Part shown: positions 35,118 through 44,006 of the stretch, piece by piece
Layout: every line of letters begins with the position of its first letter
Numbering within the stretch: the first letter of the stretch is position 1
Assembly: GCA_964472485.1 (NCBI GenBank)
Contig: CAYYLR010000001.1
Coordinates: 1 to 44,344 of the forward strand
Length of the DNA: 44,344 bases
Source: an uncultured Coriobacteriaceae bacterium
Lineage (GTDB): Bacteria > Actinomycetota > Coriobacteriia > Anaerosomatales > Anaerosomataceae
Direction: 5' to 3'
Made by a program: the position numbers and the translations under genes
Notes under the pieces: generated by a model
The model's input: only the letters and a program-made list of their open reading frames with translations
What the model was told of the DNA's origin: nothing
Databases searched by the model: none

Positions 35118-35978
35118 GTGGCCCATTCGCGCCTTGCCAGCCCGACCGCGACGCGCGCGGTGCTCGACGCGCACGGGCTGCGCACCCGGAAGTCGTTCGG
35201 CCAGCACCTGCTCATCGACGACAACATCGTCGGTCGCATCGTGAACGCCGCCGCACTCCGGCCGGACGAGGTTGTGCTCGAGGTCGGCCCCGGTATCGGC
35301 ACGCTCACCGACGCGCTGCTGTCGGCCGGCGTCCGTGTGGTCGCGATCGAACTCGACCGTCGCCTCCCGGCCGTTCTCGCCGAACTGCCGGGCGCCGAGG
35401 GTCGGTTGCGTGTCATCAACGGTGACGCGGTTTCGGTGCCCCTCGGCGACGTCGTGTTCGAAGGTGATCCGCCCCGGGCGTTCGTAGCCAACCTGCCCTA
35501 CGCTGTGGCGGCGACCGTGGTGCTCCGCTTCTTCGCCGGGGTGCCGGAGCTCGAGCGTGCCGTCGTGATGGTCCAATCCGAGGTGGCCGACCGCATGGCG
35601 GCCTCTCCCGGCAGCCGTGTGTTCGGCGCCTACAGTGTCAAGCTCGGTCTCTACGCGAGGGTGACCGGCACGTTCGCCGTTCCGCGTGCCTGTTTCCTCC
35701 CGCCGCCGCGCGTCGATTCGGCAGTCGTGAGCTTCGAGCGCGTCACGGGTTGCGGCGACGACGTCCTTCGGGAGGCGGCGGCTCGCGCGGCCGATGCGGC
35801 CTTCTCGCAGCGCCGCAAGACGCTTCGCAACTCGCTTGCCGCGGGGCTCGGGATATCGTCGGCGGTCGCCGAGCGCGTGCTCCTGGCGGCCGGCATGTCG
35901 CCGGGCGACCGGGCAGAGGTGTACGGGATCCCCGCCTACGTCGAACTGGGCCGCACGCTGATCGCGGAGGGGCTCTGA
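35118..35978 (+). CDS. rsmA: 16S rRNA (adenine1518/1519-N6)-dimethyltransferase RsmA/KsgA
   Basis: 286 aa. KSFGQHLLID, the SAM motif EVGPGIGTLT, VANLPYAV and FSQRRKTLRNSL. Confidence 0.9.
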   Translation: MAHSRLASPTATRAVLDAHGLRTRKSFGQHLLIDDNIVGRIVNAAALRPDEVVLEVGPGIGTLTDALLSAGVRVVAIELDRRLPAVLAELPGAEGRLRVINGDAVSVPLGDVVFEGDPPRAFVANLPYAVAATVVLRFFAGVPELERAVVMVQSEVADRMAASPGSRVFGAYSVKLGLYARVTGTFAVPRACFLPPPRVDSAVVSFERVTGCGDDVLREAAARAADAAFSQRRKTLRNSLAAGLGISSAVAERVLLAAGMSPGDRAEVYGIPAYVELGRTLIAEGL

Positions 35979-36005
35979 GGCGGCCCGCGGGGATGAATCC
36001 CGTCA

Positions 36006-36034
36006 TTGAGAATCCGGCGTTCGTACCGTATAAT
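36006..36034 (+). promoter_or_regulatory. Near-consensus housekeeping-sigma promoter of veg (TTGAGA-17-TATAAT)
   Basis: -35 TTGAGA at 36006-36011, an exact 17-nt spacer, and -10 TATAAT at 36029-36034. This is followed by RBS GAGGAGG (36045-36051) and the ATG at 36059. It is a locally AT-rich island in a high-GC genome. Confidence 0.6.
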
Positions 36035-36058
36035 CATGCACTTCGAGGAGGATGATGC

Positions 36059-36340
36059 ATGGACGGCATGAATCAGCTGCAAGTTGTCGGACGGATCCGG
36101 AGCGACCTCGAGACGCTCATGGGATCCCGGATGAAGCTCAAGGCCAACATGGGCCGTTCCAAGGTTCTCGAGCGTGAAGGGGTTCTTGAGCAGACACACC
36201 CGAGCCTCTTCGTACTGAAGATCGATGAGAAGCGTGGCCGAACCGCGCGCGTCTCGTACAGCTACGTTGACATCCTCACCGGTACGGTGGAGCTCACCGA
36301 CTGCGACACGGGCGAGTGCGTCTTTCCGTGGCTCAACTGA
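36059..36340 (+). CDS. veg: Veg protein (DUF1021, biofilm-associated small protein)
   Basis: 93 aa. IRSDLETLMGSRMKLKANMGRSKVLEREGVLEQTHPSLFVLKIDEKRGRTARVSYSYVDILTGTVEL matches the Veg pattern. The position between ksgA and ispE is the same as in Bacillus. Confidence 0.85.
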   Translation: MDGMNQLQVVGRIRSDLETLMGSRMKLKANMGRSKVLEREGVLEQTHPSLFVLKIDEKRGRTARVSYSYVDILTGTVELTDCDTGECVFPWLN

Positions 36341-36412
36341 TCAGCCGCAGCAGCACAGCGATCTGACGCGCGGGGTGACATGCCTCGCGCGTCGCCGTTA
36401 GAGGGGATGTGC

Positions 36413-37327
36413 ATGTCCGGCGGAGTCCGCGTCATCGCGCCCGCGAAGATCAACCTTCACCTCGGCGTGGGAGCCGTGCGAGATGACGGCTACCACGAGG
36501 TCGACACCGTTCTGCACGCGATCGCGCTTCATGATGTGATCGAGATCAGGCCTCCGGAGGGAGAGAGGCGCGCGGGCGTTCCGGAGGCCGTGGACCGCTT
36601 CACATGTGAGCCCGACGTCGGCCTGCCGTCCGGCCGCAACCTCGCCTACCGGGCCGCGCAGGACATGGTGAGCGCGTTCGGCCACCCGTTCACCGGCCGG
36701 ATCGACGTGCGCAAGTCCATACCCGCCGGCGCGGGGCTGGGCGGAGCCAGCGCCGATGCCGCGGCCGTCATCTCCGGGTTGGCGGCGCTGTGGGGTGTCC
36801 CGTGTGATGATCCCCGCCTCGCGCATGTGGCGGCCGGGCTGGGCGCCGACGTCCCCTTCTTCCTCGCCGGCGGAGCCGCTCGCTTCACCGGGCGGGGTGA
36901 TCGCCTCGAGCGATGCTTGCGCCCGCTCGAGGCGGCTCTCGTCCTCGTCAAGCCTGATGAACCAGTGTCGACCGCCGAGGCGTACGCCGCATTCGACCGG
37001 CTCGGCGCGCCGGCGGCGCCGGCGGATGCCGCGGGGATGATCTCCGCTCTGGAGGCCGGCGACCTCATCCCGGTCGCGACGCTGCTGCGAAACGAGATGA
37101 CTCGTTCGTCAGCCGGTCTCGTGCCCGCGATCGGCGAGGCGCTCGCGATCCTTGATGCCGCCGACGGGGTGTACGGGGCGTCGATGGCCGGGAGCGGGTC
37201 GGCCGTCTTCGGCCTGTGCGCCGATGCCGCGGCCGCGGACCGCGCGGCGGCCGCCGCTTGCGACGCGGGCTTCTGGGCCCTTTCGACACGCACGAGCGCC
37301 GCTGGCTGCCGCGTCGAGCCGCTCTGA
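36413..37327 (+). CDS. ispE: 4-diphosphocytidyl-2-C-methyl-D-erythritol kinase
   Basis: APAKINLHLGV, GYHEVDTV and the GHMP motif PAGAGLGGASADAAA. The start was chosen at the ATG after GAGGGGA; upstream alternatives lie at 36380 and 36407. Confidence 0.9.
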   Translation: MSGGVRVIAPAKINLHLGVGAVRDDGYHEVDTVLHAIALHDVIEIRPPEGERRAGVPEAVDRFTCEPDVGLPSGRNLAYRAAQDMVSAFGHPFTGRIDVRKSIPAGAGLGGASADAAAVISGLAALWGVPCDDPRLAHVAAGLGADVPFFLAGGAARFTGRGDRLERCLRPLEAALVLVKPDEPVSTAEAYAAFDRLGAPAAPADAAGMISALEAGDLIPVATLLRNEMTRSSAGLVPAIGEALAILDAADGVYGASMAGSGSAVFGLCADAAAADRAAAAACDAGFWALSTRTSAAGCRVEPL

Positions 37328-37388
37328 CCCTGTGGTATACTCCCTGCGCCCGTCCCGGGATGATCGCCCTGCGGGTCATCGCGCACGT

Positions 37389-37463
37389 TGGGGCGTAGCC
37401 AAGCGGTAAGGCAGCGGACTTTGGATCCGCCATCCGTAGGTTCGAATCCTACCGCCCCAGCCA
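37389..37463 (+). tRNA. tRNA-Gln (anticodon TTG), CCA encoded
   Basis: Acceptor TGGGGCG/CGCCCCA, anticodon stem GCGGA/TCCGC with loop CTTTGGA, T-arm GTAGG-TTCGAAT-CCTAC. It closely resembles E. coli tRNA-Gln. A possible extended -10 (TGGTATACT) lies at 37333-37341. Confidence 0.95.
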
Positions 37464-37503
37464 TGCTTGCCGAACGGGACCGCCCCGAGAAGGAGAGAGT
37501 CAG

Positions 37504-38823
37504 GTGGGAGCGACAGCCCTCATCCTCGCCGCCGGTGAAGGTACCCGCATGAAGTCGGCGCTGCCGAAGGTCGCTCACGAAGTCCTCGGCGTCCCCCTCG
37601 TGGCGCATGTGGTCGATGCCACGCGCGGCGCGGGAACCGACCGCGTCGTCGTGGTGACCGGCCATGGCGCTGACGCGGTCGAATCACTGCTGAGCGAGAG
37701 CGGCGTTGAGTTCGCCCGCCAAGAGAGGCGGCTCGGCACGGGTCACGCGGTCATATGCGCGCTCGAGGTGACCGGCGCGCTCGAGGGTCCGGTGGTCGTG
37801 CTCTCAGGTGACGTACCGCTGGTGCGGCCGGAGACCATCGAGCGCCTCATGAACGCGCAGGCCGCCGCCGGCGCCGCCTGCGTGCTGCTGTCGGCGGTGT
37901 TCTCTGACCCCGCGGGGTACGGCCGGATCATCCGTGACGCGAACGGTTCGGTCACCGCCATCATCGAGCACAAGGACCTGCCGCAGCGTCTGGTCGAGGT
38001 TCGTGAGGCCAACGTCGGCATCTACTGCTTCGACGGCGCGGCGCTCACGTCGCACCTGAGCCGTCTTGACACCGCCAACTCCCAGGGTGAGTACTACCTG
38101 ACCGACCTGGTGGCGCTCCTCGTGGCCGAGGGGCTGCCGGTCCACGCGATCGTGACCGATGATGTCGACGAGTCCCACGGGGTCAACACACGTGTTCAGC
38201 TGGCCGAGGTCACGCGCGTGCTGCAGCGGCGCATCAATGAGCGGCACATGCTCAGCGGTGTCACGATGACCGATCCGTCGCTTGTGTGGGTCGGTCCGCA
38301 CGTGACGATCGGACCGGATACCGTGATCGAACCGATGACGTTCCTCTACGGTTCTACGTCGATCGGACGCGGCTGCCGGATCGGGCCGGACAGCCGGGTC
38401 GTCGACTCCACTACCGGCGACGGGTGCACGATCGACAGCTCGATCGTGATGGGCGCCTCGCTCGCGGACGATGTGTCCGTCGGTCCGCGAGCCTACCTGC
38501 GTCCGGGCACCGTGATGGAGCGGCGCTCGAGGGCCGGAACGAGCGTCGAGATCAGCAAGTCCCGCATCGGTGAGGGCGCTACGGTGCCCCACCTATCCTA
38601 CATCGGAGACGCCGACATCGGCCGGGGCGCGAACTTGGGAGCGGGTACCATAACCTGTGATCACGGAGCGGGGAGCGTCATCACGAAGGACGTGCCGGCC
38701 GACGCGCTCGCCGTGGAGCGCTCGGAGCAACGGGTCGCGGACGAGTGGGCGTCACGGAGGCGCGTGAACGGTCAGGAAGGCGAGCAAGGGAGCGGTGCGA
38801 CAGATGATCTCGGCACCAGGTAA
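37504..38823 (+). CDS. glmU: Bifunctional GlmU (GlcNAc-1-P uridylyltransferase / GlcN-1-P acetyltransferase) with an apparent internal deletion in the left-handed beta-helix
   Basis: 439 aa with a GTG start after AAGGAGAGAG. LAAGEGTRMKSALPKV and hexapeptide repeats are present. At residues 385-388 the sequence reads TITCDH-GAGSVITKDVP where characterised GlmUs have TCNYDG + about 30 aa + GAGS. Confidence 0.85.
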   Translation: MGATALILAAGEGTRMKSALPKVAHEVLGVPLVAHVVDATRGAGTDRVVVVTGHGADAVESLLSESGVEFARQERRLGTGHAVICALEVTGALEGPVVVLSGDVPLVRPETIERLMNAQAAAGAACVLLSAVFSDPAGYGRIIRDANGSVTAIIEHKDLPQRLVEVREANVGIYCFDGAALTSHLSRLDTANSQGEYYLTDLVALLVAEGLPVHAIVTDDVDESHGVNTRVQLAEVTRVLQRRINERHMLSGVTMTDPSLVWVGPHVTIGPDTVIEPMTFLYGSTSIGRGCRIGPDSRVVDSTTGDGCTIDSSIVMGASLADDVSVGPRAYLRPGTVMERRSRAGTSVEISKSRIGEGATVPHLSYIGDADIGRGANLGAGTITCDHGAGSVITKDVPADALAVERSEQRVADEWASRRRVNGQEGEQGSGATDDLGTR

Positions 38824-38827
38824 GCGC

Positions 38828-39769
38828 ATGATGGTCTTCGCGGGCACGCACAATCGCGAGTTGTCGGAGGATATCGCCCGGCACCTCGGCATAGAACTCG
38901 GCAACATCAAGATCTCTCAGTTCGCCAACGGTGAGATCTACGTCCGTTACCTCGAGAGCGTGCGCGGCGCCGATATCTTCCTCGTGCAGTCGATGTGCGA
39001 ACCGGTCAACGCCAGCATCATGGAGCTTCTCATCATGATCGACGCGGCCAAGCGCGCGAGCGCCCGATGCATCACCGCGGTCATCCCGCACTACGGGTAT
39101 GCGCGCCAGGACAAGAAGTCGGCCGCACGCGAGCCGATCACCGCGAAGCTCCTCGCCGATCTCCTGACGGTCGCCGGCGGCGACCGGGTCATCACCATGG
39201 ATCTCCATCAGGGTCAGATCCAGGGCTTCTTCAACCAGCCGGTGAATCACCTCACCGCCCTGCCGATCCTGGCGGACTACTTCGAGAACCTCGACGTCGA
39301 CGACCTGGTCGTCGTCTCGCCCGACGTCGGTCGCGTGAAGGCCGCCAAGAAGATGGCGGACATGCTCGGCGCGGGCCTGGCCATCCTCCACAAGGGCAGA
39401 CCGGAGCACAACGTCGCCGAGATCACGCATGTCATCGGCGAGGTCGAAGGCATGAACTGCATCGTGGCCGACGACATGATCGACACCGCCGGCTCGGTGA
39501 CGGAAGGGGCGCGCGCTCTCATCAAGAAGGGGGCGGCGAAGGTCTGGGTGGCGGCGACCCACGGGGTCTTCTCGCCTCCGGCTTTCGAGCGGCTTGAGAA
39601 CGCGCCGATCGAGGAGGTCGTGATCACCAACACGCTGCCCGTGCCCGAGGAGCAGCGGCATGGCAAGATCAGGGTACTCTCCGTCGCGCCGCTGTTCGCG
39701 CGCGCGATTCAGAACGTGTACAACGATGAGTCCGTCTCGGAGCTGTTCGACCCCGACTTCCAGCTCTGA
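38828..39769 (+). CDS. prs: Ribose-phosphate pyrophosphokinase
   Basis: MMVFAGTHNRELSEDIA..., DLHQGQIQGFF, VSPDVGRVKAAKK and the PRPP loop DDMIDTAGS. The start was chosen just after the glmU stop; in-frame upstream ATGs at 38795 and 38804 would overlap glmU. Confidence 0.9.
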   Translation: MMVFAGTHNRELSEDIARHLGIELGNIKISQFANGEIYVRYLESVRGADIFLVQSMCEPVNASIMELLIMIDAAKRASARCITAVIPHYGYARQDKKSAAREPITAKLLADLLTVAGGDRVITMDLHQGQIQGFFNQPVNHLTALPILADYFENLDVDDLVVVSPDVGRVKAAKKMADMLGAGLAILHKGRPEHNVAEITHVIGEVEGMNCIVADDMIDTAGSVTEGARALIKKGAAKVWVAATHGVFSPPAFERLENAPIEEVVITNTLPVPEEQRHGKIRVLSVAPLFARAIQNVYNDESVSELFDPDFQL

Positions 39770-39821
39770 ACCGCAGACGGCGGCGCACGAGGCGCGGCCG
39801 AAGACCCGGAGGGAGCACCAC

Positions 39822-40460
39822 ATGACCAACGCTACCGAACTCGCCGCCGGTATCCGCACCGTCACCGGGAAGGCGAGTCACAAGCTCGCCAAGGACGGTC
39901 AGGTCCCCGCGATCGTGTACGGGCGGACCGTCGAGCCGGTCGCGCTCGCGGTCGACCGCCGGGAGCTTGAGCGGCTGCTGCATCACGCCGCCGTCGGCTC
40001 GACGCTGATCGACCTCAAGATCGACGGTCAGGCCACGGCGGTCGACGTGATCATCAAGGAAGTCAAGCACGATGAGGTGAAGGGCGTCGTTCAGCACGTC
40101 GACTTCTGGGCGGTCGACATGGGGGCGACGCTCCAGACCGCGGTGGCCATCACGTTCGTGGGCTCGGCGGCCGGAGAGCGGGAGGGCGGCACGGTCATGC
40201 ACGCGCTTCGCGAACTCAAAGTCGAGGCCCGGCCGAAGGACCTTCCCGAGCACATCGAGGTGGATGTCTCGCACCTCGGCATCGGTGACTCGATGACTGT
40301 CGCCGACCTTGCCTGGCCCGCAGGCGTGGTGTTCCTCGAGGACCCGGAGACCCTGGTCGCGTCGGTGGCCGCTCCGCGTGTCGAAGTGGAGGAGGCCGTT
40401 GGGGCCGAGGAGATCACCGAGGTGCCCGAGATCGGCAAGGAAGCCGCCGAAGAGGAGTAG
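39822..40460 (+). CDS. rplY: 50S ribosomal protein L25 (Ctc form)
   Basis: The ATG at 39822 follows GGAGGGA. RTVTGKASHKLAKDGQVPAIVYG..., with a two-domain Ctc-type length (212 aa) and an acidic tail. The 266-aa ORF start lies inside prs. Confidence 0.9.
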   Translation: MTNATELAAGIRTVTGKASHKLAKDGQVPAIVYGRTVEPVALAVDRRELERLLHHAAVGSTLIDLKIDGQATAVDVIIKEVKHDEVKGVVQHVDFWAVDMGATLQTAVAITFVGSAAGEREGGTVMHALRELKVEARPKDLPEHIEVDVSHLGIGDSMTVADLAWPAGVVFLEDPETLVASVAAPRVEVEEAVGAEEITEVPEIGKEAAEEE

Positions 40461-40472
40461 TACGACACCCGC

Positions 40473-41039
40473 ATGACGATGATCGTCGCCGGGCTCGGCA
40501 ACCCGGGCCCCGAATACCACAACACCAGACATAACGCGGGCTTCAAGGTCATCGACCTGCTCGCGGACAACCTGCGCGTCGGCTACTGGAAGAACGAGGC
40601 CGGCGCGCAGGTCGGCCTTGTGCGCCTCGGCGAAGAGGATCTGCTGTTGGTCAAGCCGCAGACGTACATGAACCTCTCCGGCAAGGCGCTCGCGCGGATC
40701 GGCGCGGCGTACGAGGTGCCGGTGGCGCGGATGGTCATCGTCCATGACGACCTCGACCTGCCGGAGGAGAGCGTTCGCGTGAAGCGAGGCGGGGGGCACG
40801 GCGGGCACAACGGACTGCGGTCGTTGACCGAGTCGCTCGGCTCCGGCGACTACGTGCGCGTCCGCATCGGGATCGGCCGGCCGCCGGGAAGGCAGGACCC
40901 CGCGGACTACGTGCTGGAACCGATGCGGCGCGAGGTGGCCGAGCGCCTGGAGGCGATGGTCCCCCATGCCGCCCAGGCCGTGCTCCATGTGCTCGAGCAT
41001 GGCGTGGACAGCGCGATGCGGGAGTACAACGCGGGCTGA
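40473..41039 (+). CDS. pth: Peptidyl-tRNA hydrolase
   Basis: 188 aa. IVAGLGNPGPEYHNTRHNAGF, KPQTYMNLSG and GGHGGHNGLRS. Confidence 0.95.
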   Translation: MTMIVAGLGNPGPEYHNTRHNAGFKVIDLLADNLRVGYWKNEAGAQVGLVRLGEEDLLLVKPQTYMNLSGKALARIGAAYEVPVARMVIVHDDLDLPEESVRVKRGGGHGGHNGLRSLTESLGSGDYVRVRIGIGRPPGRQDPADYVLEPMRREVAERLEAMVPHAAQAVLHVLEHGVDSAMREYNAG

Positions 41040-41069
41040 CATCGGCGTGCGGGATGCGCCGGACGCGGG

Positions 41070-42302
41070 CTACTTCAGGTACTTCATCGGATCCACGGGA
41101 TCTCCGTTGATACGCACCTCGAAGTGGAGGTGCGGCCCCGTCGAGAGTCCCGTCGACCCCACAAGCCCGATGCTCTGACCCCGGATCACCGTCTGTCCGG
41201 TGCTGACCTTGATGCCACCGTTCTGCAGGTGCGCGTACAGCGTGGTCACGCCGTTGTCGTGGTCGATGATGATCGTGTTGCCGTAGCCGCCGCGGTATCC
41301 GGTGTAGATGACCTCACCATCGCCCACAGCCACGACCGTGGCGCCGCTGATGCTCTTGCCGACGGCGCTGCCGCCGATGTCGATGCCGGTGTGCATCTTC
41401 CTTGTGCCGAGGATCGGGTGGATGCGGTAGCCGAACGCTGAGCCCCCGGTCGGTGTCTGCTCGAACCCGGGCACGGGGAACTTCATCACGCCCGCGAAGT
41501 AGCCCGAACCTGTTCCGTAGAGCTCGCGGGCGATCTTCGCCGATTCAGCCTCTTCGGCTTCGGCGAGCGCGATCAGCCGCCGGGCGTTGGCGGTGTTCTC
41601 CGCCACGAGTTCGGCCTTGCGGTCCTGCGCGGCCTTCTGCTCGTTCATCTTGATCTGGTGCCGCGTGCGCAGATCCCTGATCCGCTTCTCCTCAGCGGCG
41701 GCCTCGGCGCGCTTCGCGTCGACGGTCGCGTGCTCGCGCTCGATCTCCGCCTTCATCCGCTCGAGCGCGATCCGCGTGGACTTGAGTTCGGCGGCGAGCT
41801 CGCCGTTGGACTTGATGACCCGCTGCACAAGTGAGGTGCGAGCGATGAAGTCCTCGACGCTCTTGCTGTCCAGCAGCAGTTCGAAGTAGAGGTAGTCACT
41901 GGTCTTGTACGCGGCCTGGATGCGCTCGGCCAGGAGTAGGCACTGACGGTCGTACTCGGCCTGCGTGGCGTCGACTTCGGCCTGCTTCGCGACGATCCGC
42001 GCGCGGAGGGCGTCGACTTCGGCCTGCAGACGGGTCGTGCGCTCCGTCGCGGCGGACACGTCGTCGGCCAGGGCGCTGATCTCCCCCTGCAGGGTCGCGA
42101 TCGAGCCGTCAAGCGCTTTGACCTCGCGAGTGAGGCGGTCGGCTTCGGAGAGCGCGGCGTCAGCGGCTTCGCGGGCCTTCCGGGCGGCAGCCTCGTGCGC
42201 GCGCAAGTCGGTCTCGGTCACCGCGGCTGCGGGAAGCGCCGGGGCGAGTGAGACGATCAGGATGAGTGAGATGAGGAACGAGAGCGCGCGTCTACGATGC
42301 AT
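41070..42302 (-). CDS. Secreted coiled-coil M23 family metallopeptidase (EnvC-like architecture)
   Basis: 410 aa with a signal peptide, about 230 aa of heptad-rich coiled coil, then the M23 motifs HTGIDIGG, GYGNTIIIDH and GPHLHFEV. Confidence 0.85.
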   Translation of the reverse strand: MHRRRALSFLISLILIVSLAPALPAAAVTETDLRAHEAAARKAREAADAALSEADRLTREVKALDGSIATLQGEISALADDVSAATERTTRLQAEVDALRARIVAKQAEVDATQAEYDRQCLLLAERIQAAYKTSDYLYFELLLDSKSVEDFIARTSLVQRVIKSNGELAAELKSTRIALERMKAEIEREHATVDAKRAEAAAEEKRIRDLRTRHQIKMNEQKAAQDRKAELVAENTANARRLIALAEAEEAESAKIARELYGTGSGYFAGVMKFPVPGFEQTPTGGSAFGYRIHPILGTRKMHTGIDIGGSAVGKSISGATVVAVGDGEVIYTGYRGGYGNTIIIDHDNGVTTLYAHLQNGGIKVSTGQTVIRGQSIGLVGSTGLSTGPHLHFEVRINGDPVDPMKYLK

Positions 42303-42444
42303 GCTGTGTCTCCTCCGGACGGCCGAGCAGCAGGGGAACCGTCCCGCCGGAAGGCGCTACAGCAAGTACTCTACCAGCGGCGATGGGTATACTGCAATCG
42401 AGCCCGCTCAGTCGGGTACCGTTTCCGAGGGGAAGGTCACGAGC

Positions 42445-42837
42445 ATGAGTGACGACTACCAGAGCACACCCCCCGCGCCCCCCGCGCCACCGTTCGCGCC
42501 GGCGCCTGCCGCGGGCGGCGGAGACACGCCGAGCGACACGGGGAAGATCCTCGCGATACTCGGGTACCTGACCGGCATCGTCGCGTTGATCGCGATCCTG
42601 ATCGAGCCGTACAAGAACGAGCGGTTCGTGCGGCATCACGCCATCCAGGCGCTCGGGATCGCGGTGGCGTCGGTGGTGGTCAGCGTGATCTACGCCATCC
42701 CGATCCTCGGCTGGGTCGCTGGTCCGCTTCTCTCGCTGGCCCTCCTCGTCTTCGCCATCATGGGTGCGGTCAAGGCGTGGCAGGGTGAGATGTGGGAGAT
42801 GCCGGTCGTCCACGGCATCGTCAAGCAGTACATCTAG
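42445..42837 (+). CDS. DUF4870-like small membrane protein with a Pro-rich N-terminus
   Basis: The ATG at 42445 follows GAGGGGAAGG. GKILAILGYLTGIVALIAILIEPYKNERFVRHHAIQALGI...AIMGAVKAWQGEMWEMPVV fits the DUF4870 pattern. The upstream part of ORF 41965..42837 is antisense to the M23 gene. Confidence 0.7.
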   Translation: MSDDYQSTPPAPPAPPFAPAPAAGGGDTPSDTGKILAILGYLTGIVALIAILIEPYKNERFVRHHAIQALGIAVASVVVSVIYAIPILGWVAGPLLSLALLVFAIMGAVKAWQGEMWEMPVVHGIVKQYI

Positions 42838-42874
42838 CCGACGCGCGCGGTCACGCGCCGCTGGCCGGAGTCCG

Positions 42875-43936
42875 TCATCGCACGGGCTCAGCGACCTCGG
42901 TCACGATGAGTCCGGACGCCTCAGGGGCGGGCACCGTGAGTGCCCGCCCCTCGTCGTCGACGACGTACAGGCCGAGCCCGGTCTCCGCCGCGTAGGCGAC
43001 CGCTGTGCCCGTGTTCCGGACGAACAGCGCCGTCGAGAGGATGTCGGCGTCCAGACCGCTCAGGCCCGTGCCGGCGATCGTGAGCGAGCGCACCCCCGCT
43101 GCGGGCCGTCCGGTGGCCGGGTCCAGGATGTGGTGGTAGCGGATGCCGCCGGACTCGAAGTACCGCTGGTAGTCACCCGAGGTGGAGAGCGCTCCCTCGC
43201 CGGCGAACTGGAACACCGCGACCACCGTCTCCGCATCGCGCGGGTCCTCGATACCGATCCTCCACGCGGTACCATCGGGCTTCGTGCCGAGCGTGACCGT
43301 GCTGCTGCCGGCGGTGATGATCGCGGCCGAGACATTGCCTGCGCTCCTGAGCGCCTCGCGGGCCCGGTCGAGCGCGAGCCCCTTGCTGGCGCCGCCGAGG
43401 TCGAGCGAGGGGGCGAGCCCCCCACGGGGGGTCAGCCGGGCGTCGGTGTCGTCGAGCCGCTCGAAGCGCCATTCGCCCGCGGGTGTCTCGGTGAGCGTGC
43501 GCGACGCGGCGACCGCGAGACCCAGGTCCTTGTCGTCCGGCACGGTGCGGCTGTCCTCGAAGCCGTAGAGCTCGGTCACGGTACCGAGCGCCGGTGAGAA
43601 GGCGTCCGGCACGCGCAGCGTCTCGATCCGGCGGAGGATCTCGATCGCGGTGCCGGGCAGGGATTGTGCTCGGTACGGGTCCTCGTTGAACGCGGAGATG
43701 TCCGAGGCGCCGTCGTAGGAATCGAGTTCGGACTCCACGTCCTCAAGAGCGGCGAACGCCGCCTCGACCGCGCTTCGCACATCGGCCGGATCGTCGCCGT
43801 ATGCGGTGATCGTCACGACCGTCCCGAGCCCTTCGCGGCTCACGGTCACCGTCTCGGCGCCCCCGCAGCCCTGGAGCGGGGCGGGCAGCAGCACGGCGCA
43901 GACGGCCGCCGCGAGCACCCTGCGGACGCGTTTCAT
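42875..43936 (-). CDS. apbE: FAD:protein FMN transferase (ApbE family) lipoprotein
   Basis: The inner ATG at 43936 gives MKRVRRVLAAAVCAVLLPAPLQGCGG (lipobox LQGC). Motifs: GGASKGLALD, STSGDYQRYF and YHHILDPATGRPA. Confidence 0.85.
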   Translation of the reverse strand: MKRVRRVLAAAVCAVLLPAPLQGCGGAETVTVSREGLGTVVTITAYGDDPADVRSAVEAAFAALEDVESELDSYDGASDISAFNEDPYRAQSLPGTAIEILRRIETLRVPDAFSPALGTVTELYGFEDSRTVPDDKDLGLAVAASRTLTETPAGEWRFERLDDTDARLTPRGGLAPSLDLGGASKGLALDRAREALRSAGNVSAAIITAGSSTVTLGTKPDGTAWRIGIEDPRDAETVVAVFQFAGEGALSTSGDYQRYFESGGIRYHHILDPATGRPAAGVRSLTIAGTGLSGLDADILSTALFVRNTGTAVAYAAETGLGLYVVDDEGRALTVPAPEASGLIVTEVAEPVR

Positions 43937-44006
43937 CGCCAACCCCCGTACGCTATACTGTGCGGAATCTCGGCCCCCTCTCGCAGTGTACCAACCTGGA
44001 GGCTCG

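Noticed and set aside
41965-42444. A 160-aa N-terminal extension of the DUF4870 ORF.
   Set aside because: It is antisense to the M23 peptidase gene and is Ser/Ala/Arg-rich. The internal ATG at 42445 has a good RBS and yields a typical DUF4870-sized protein.
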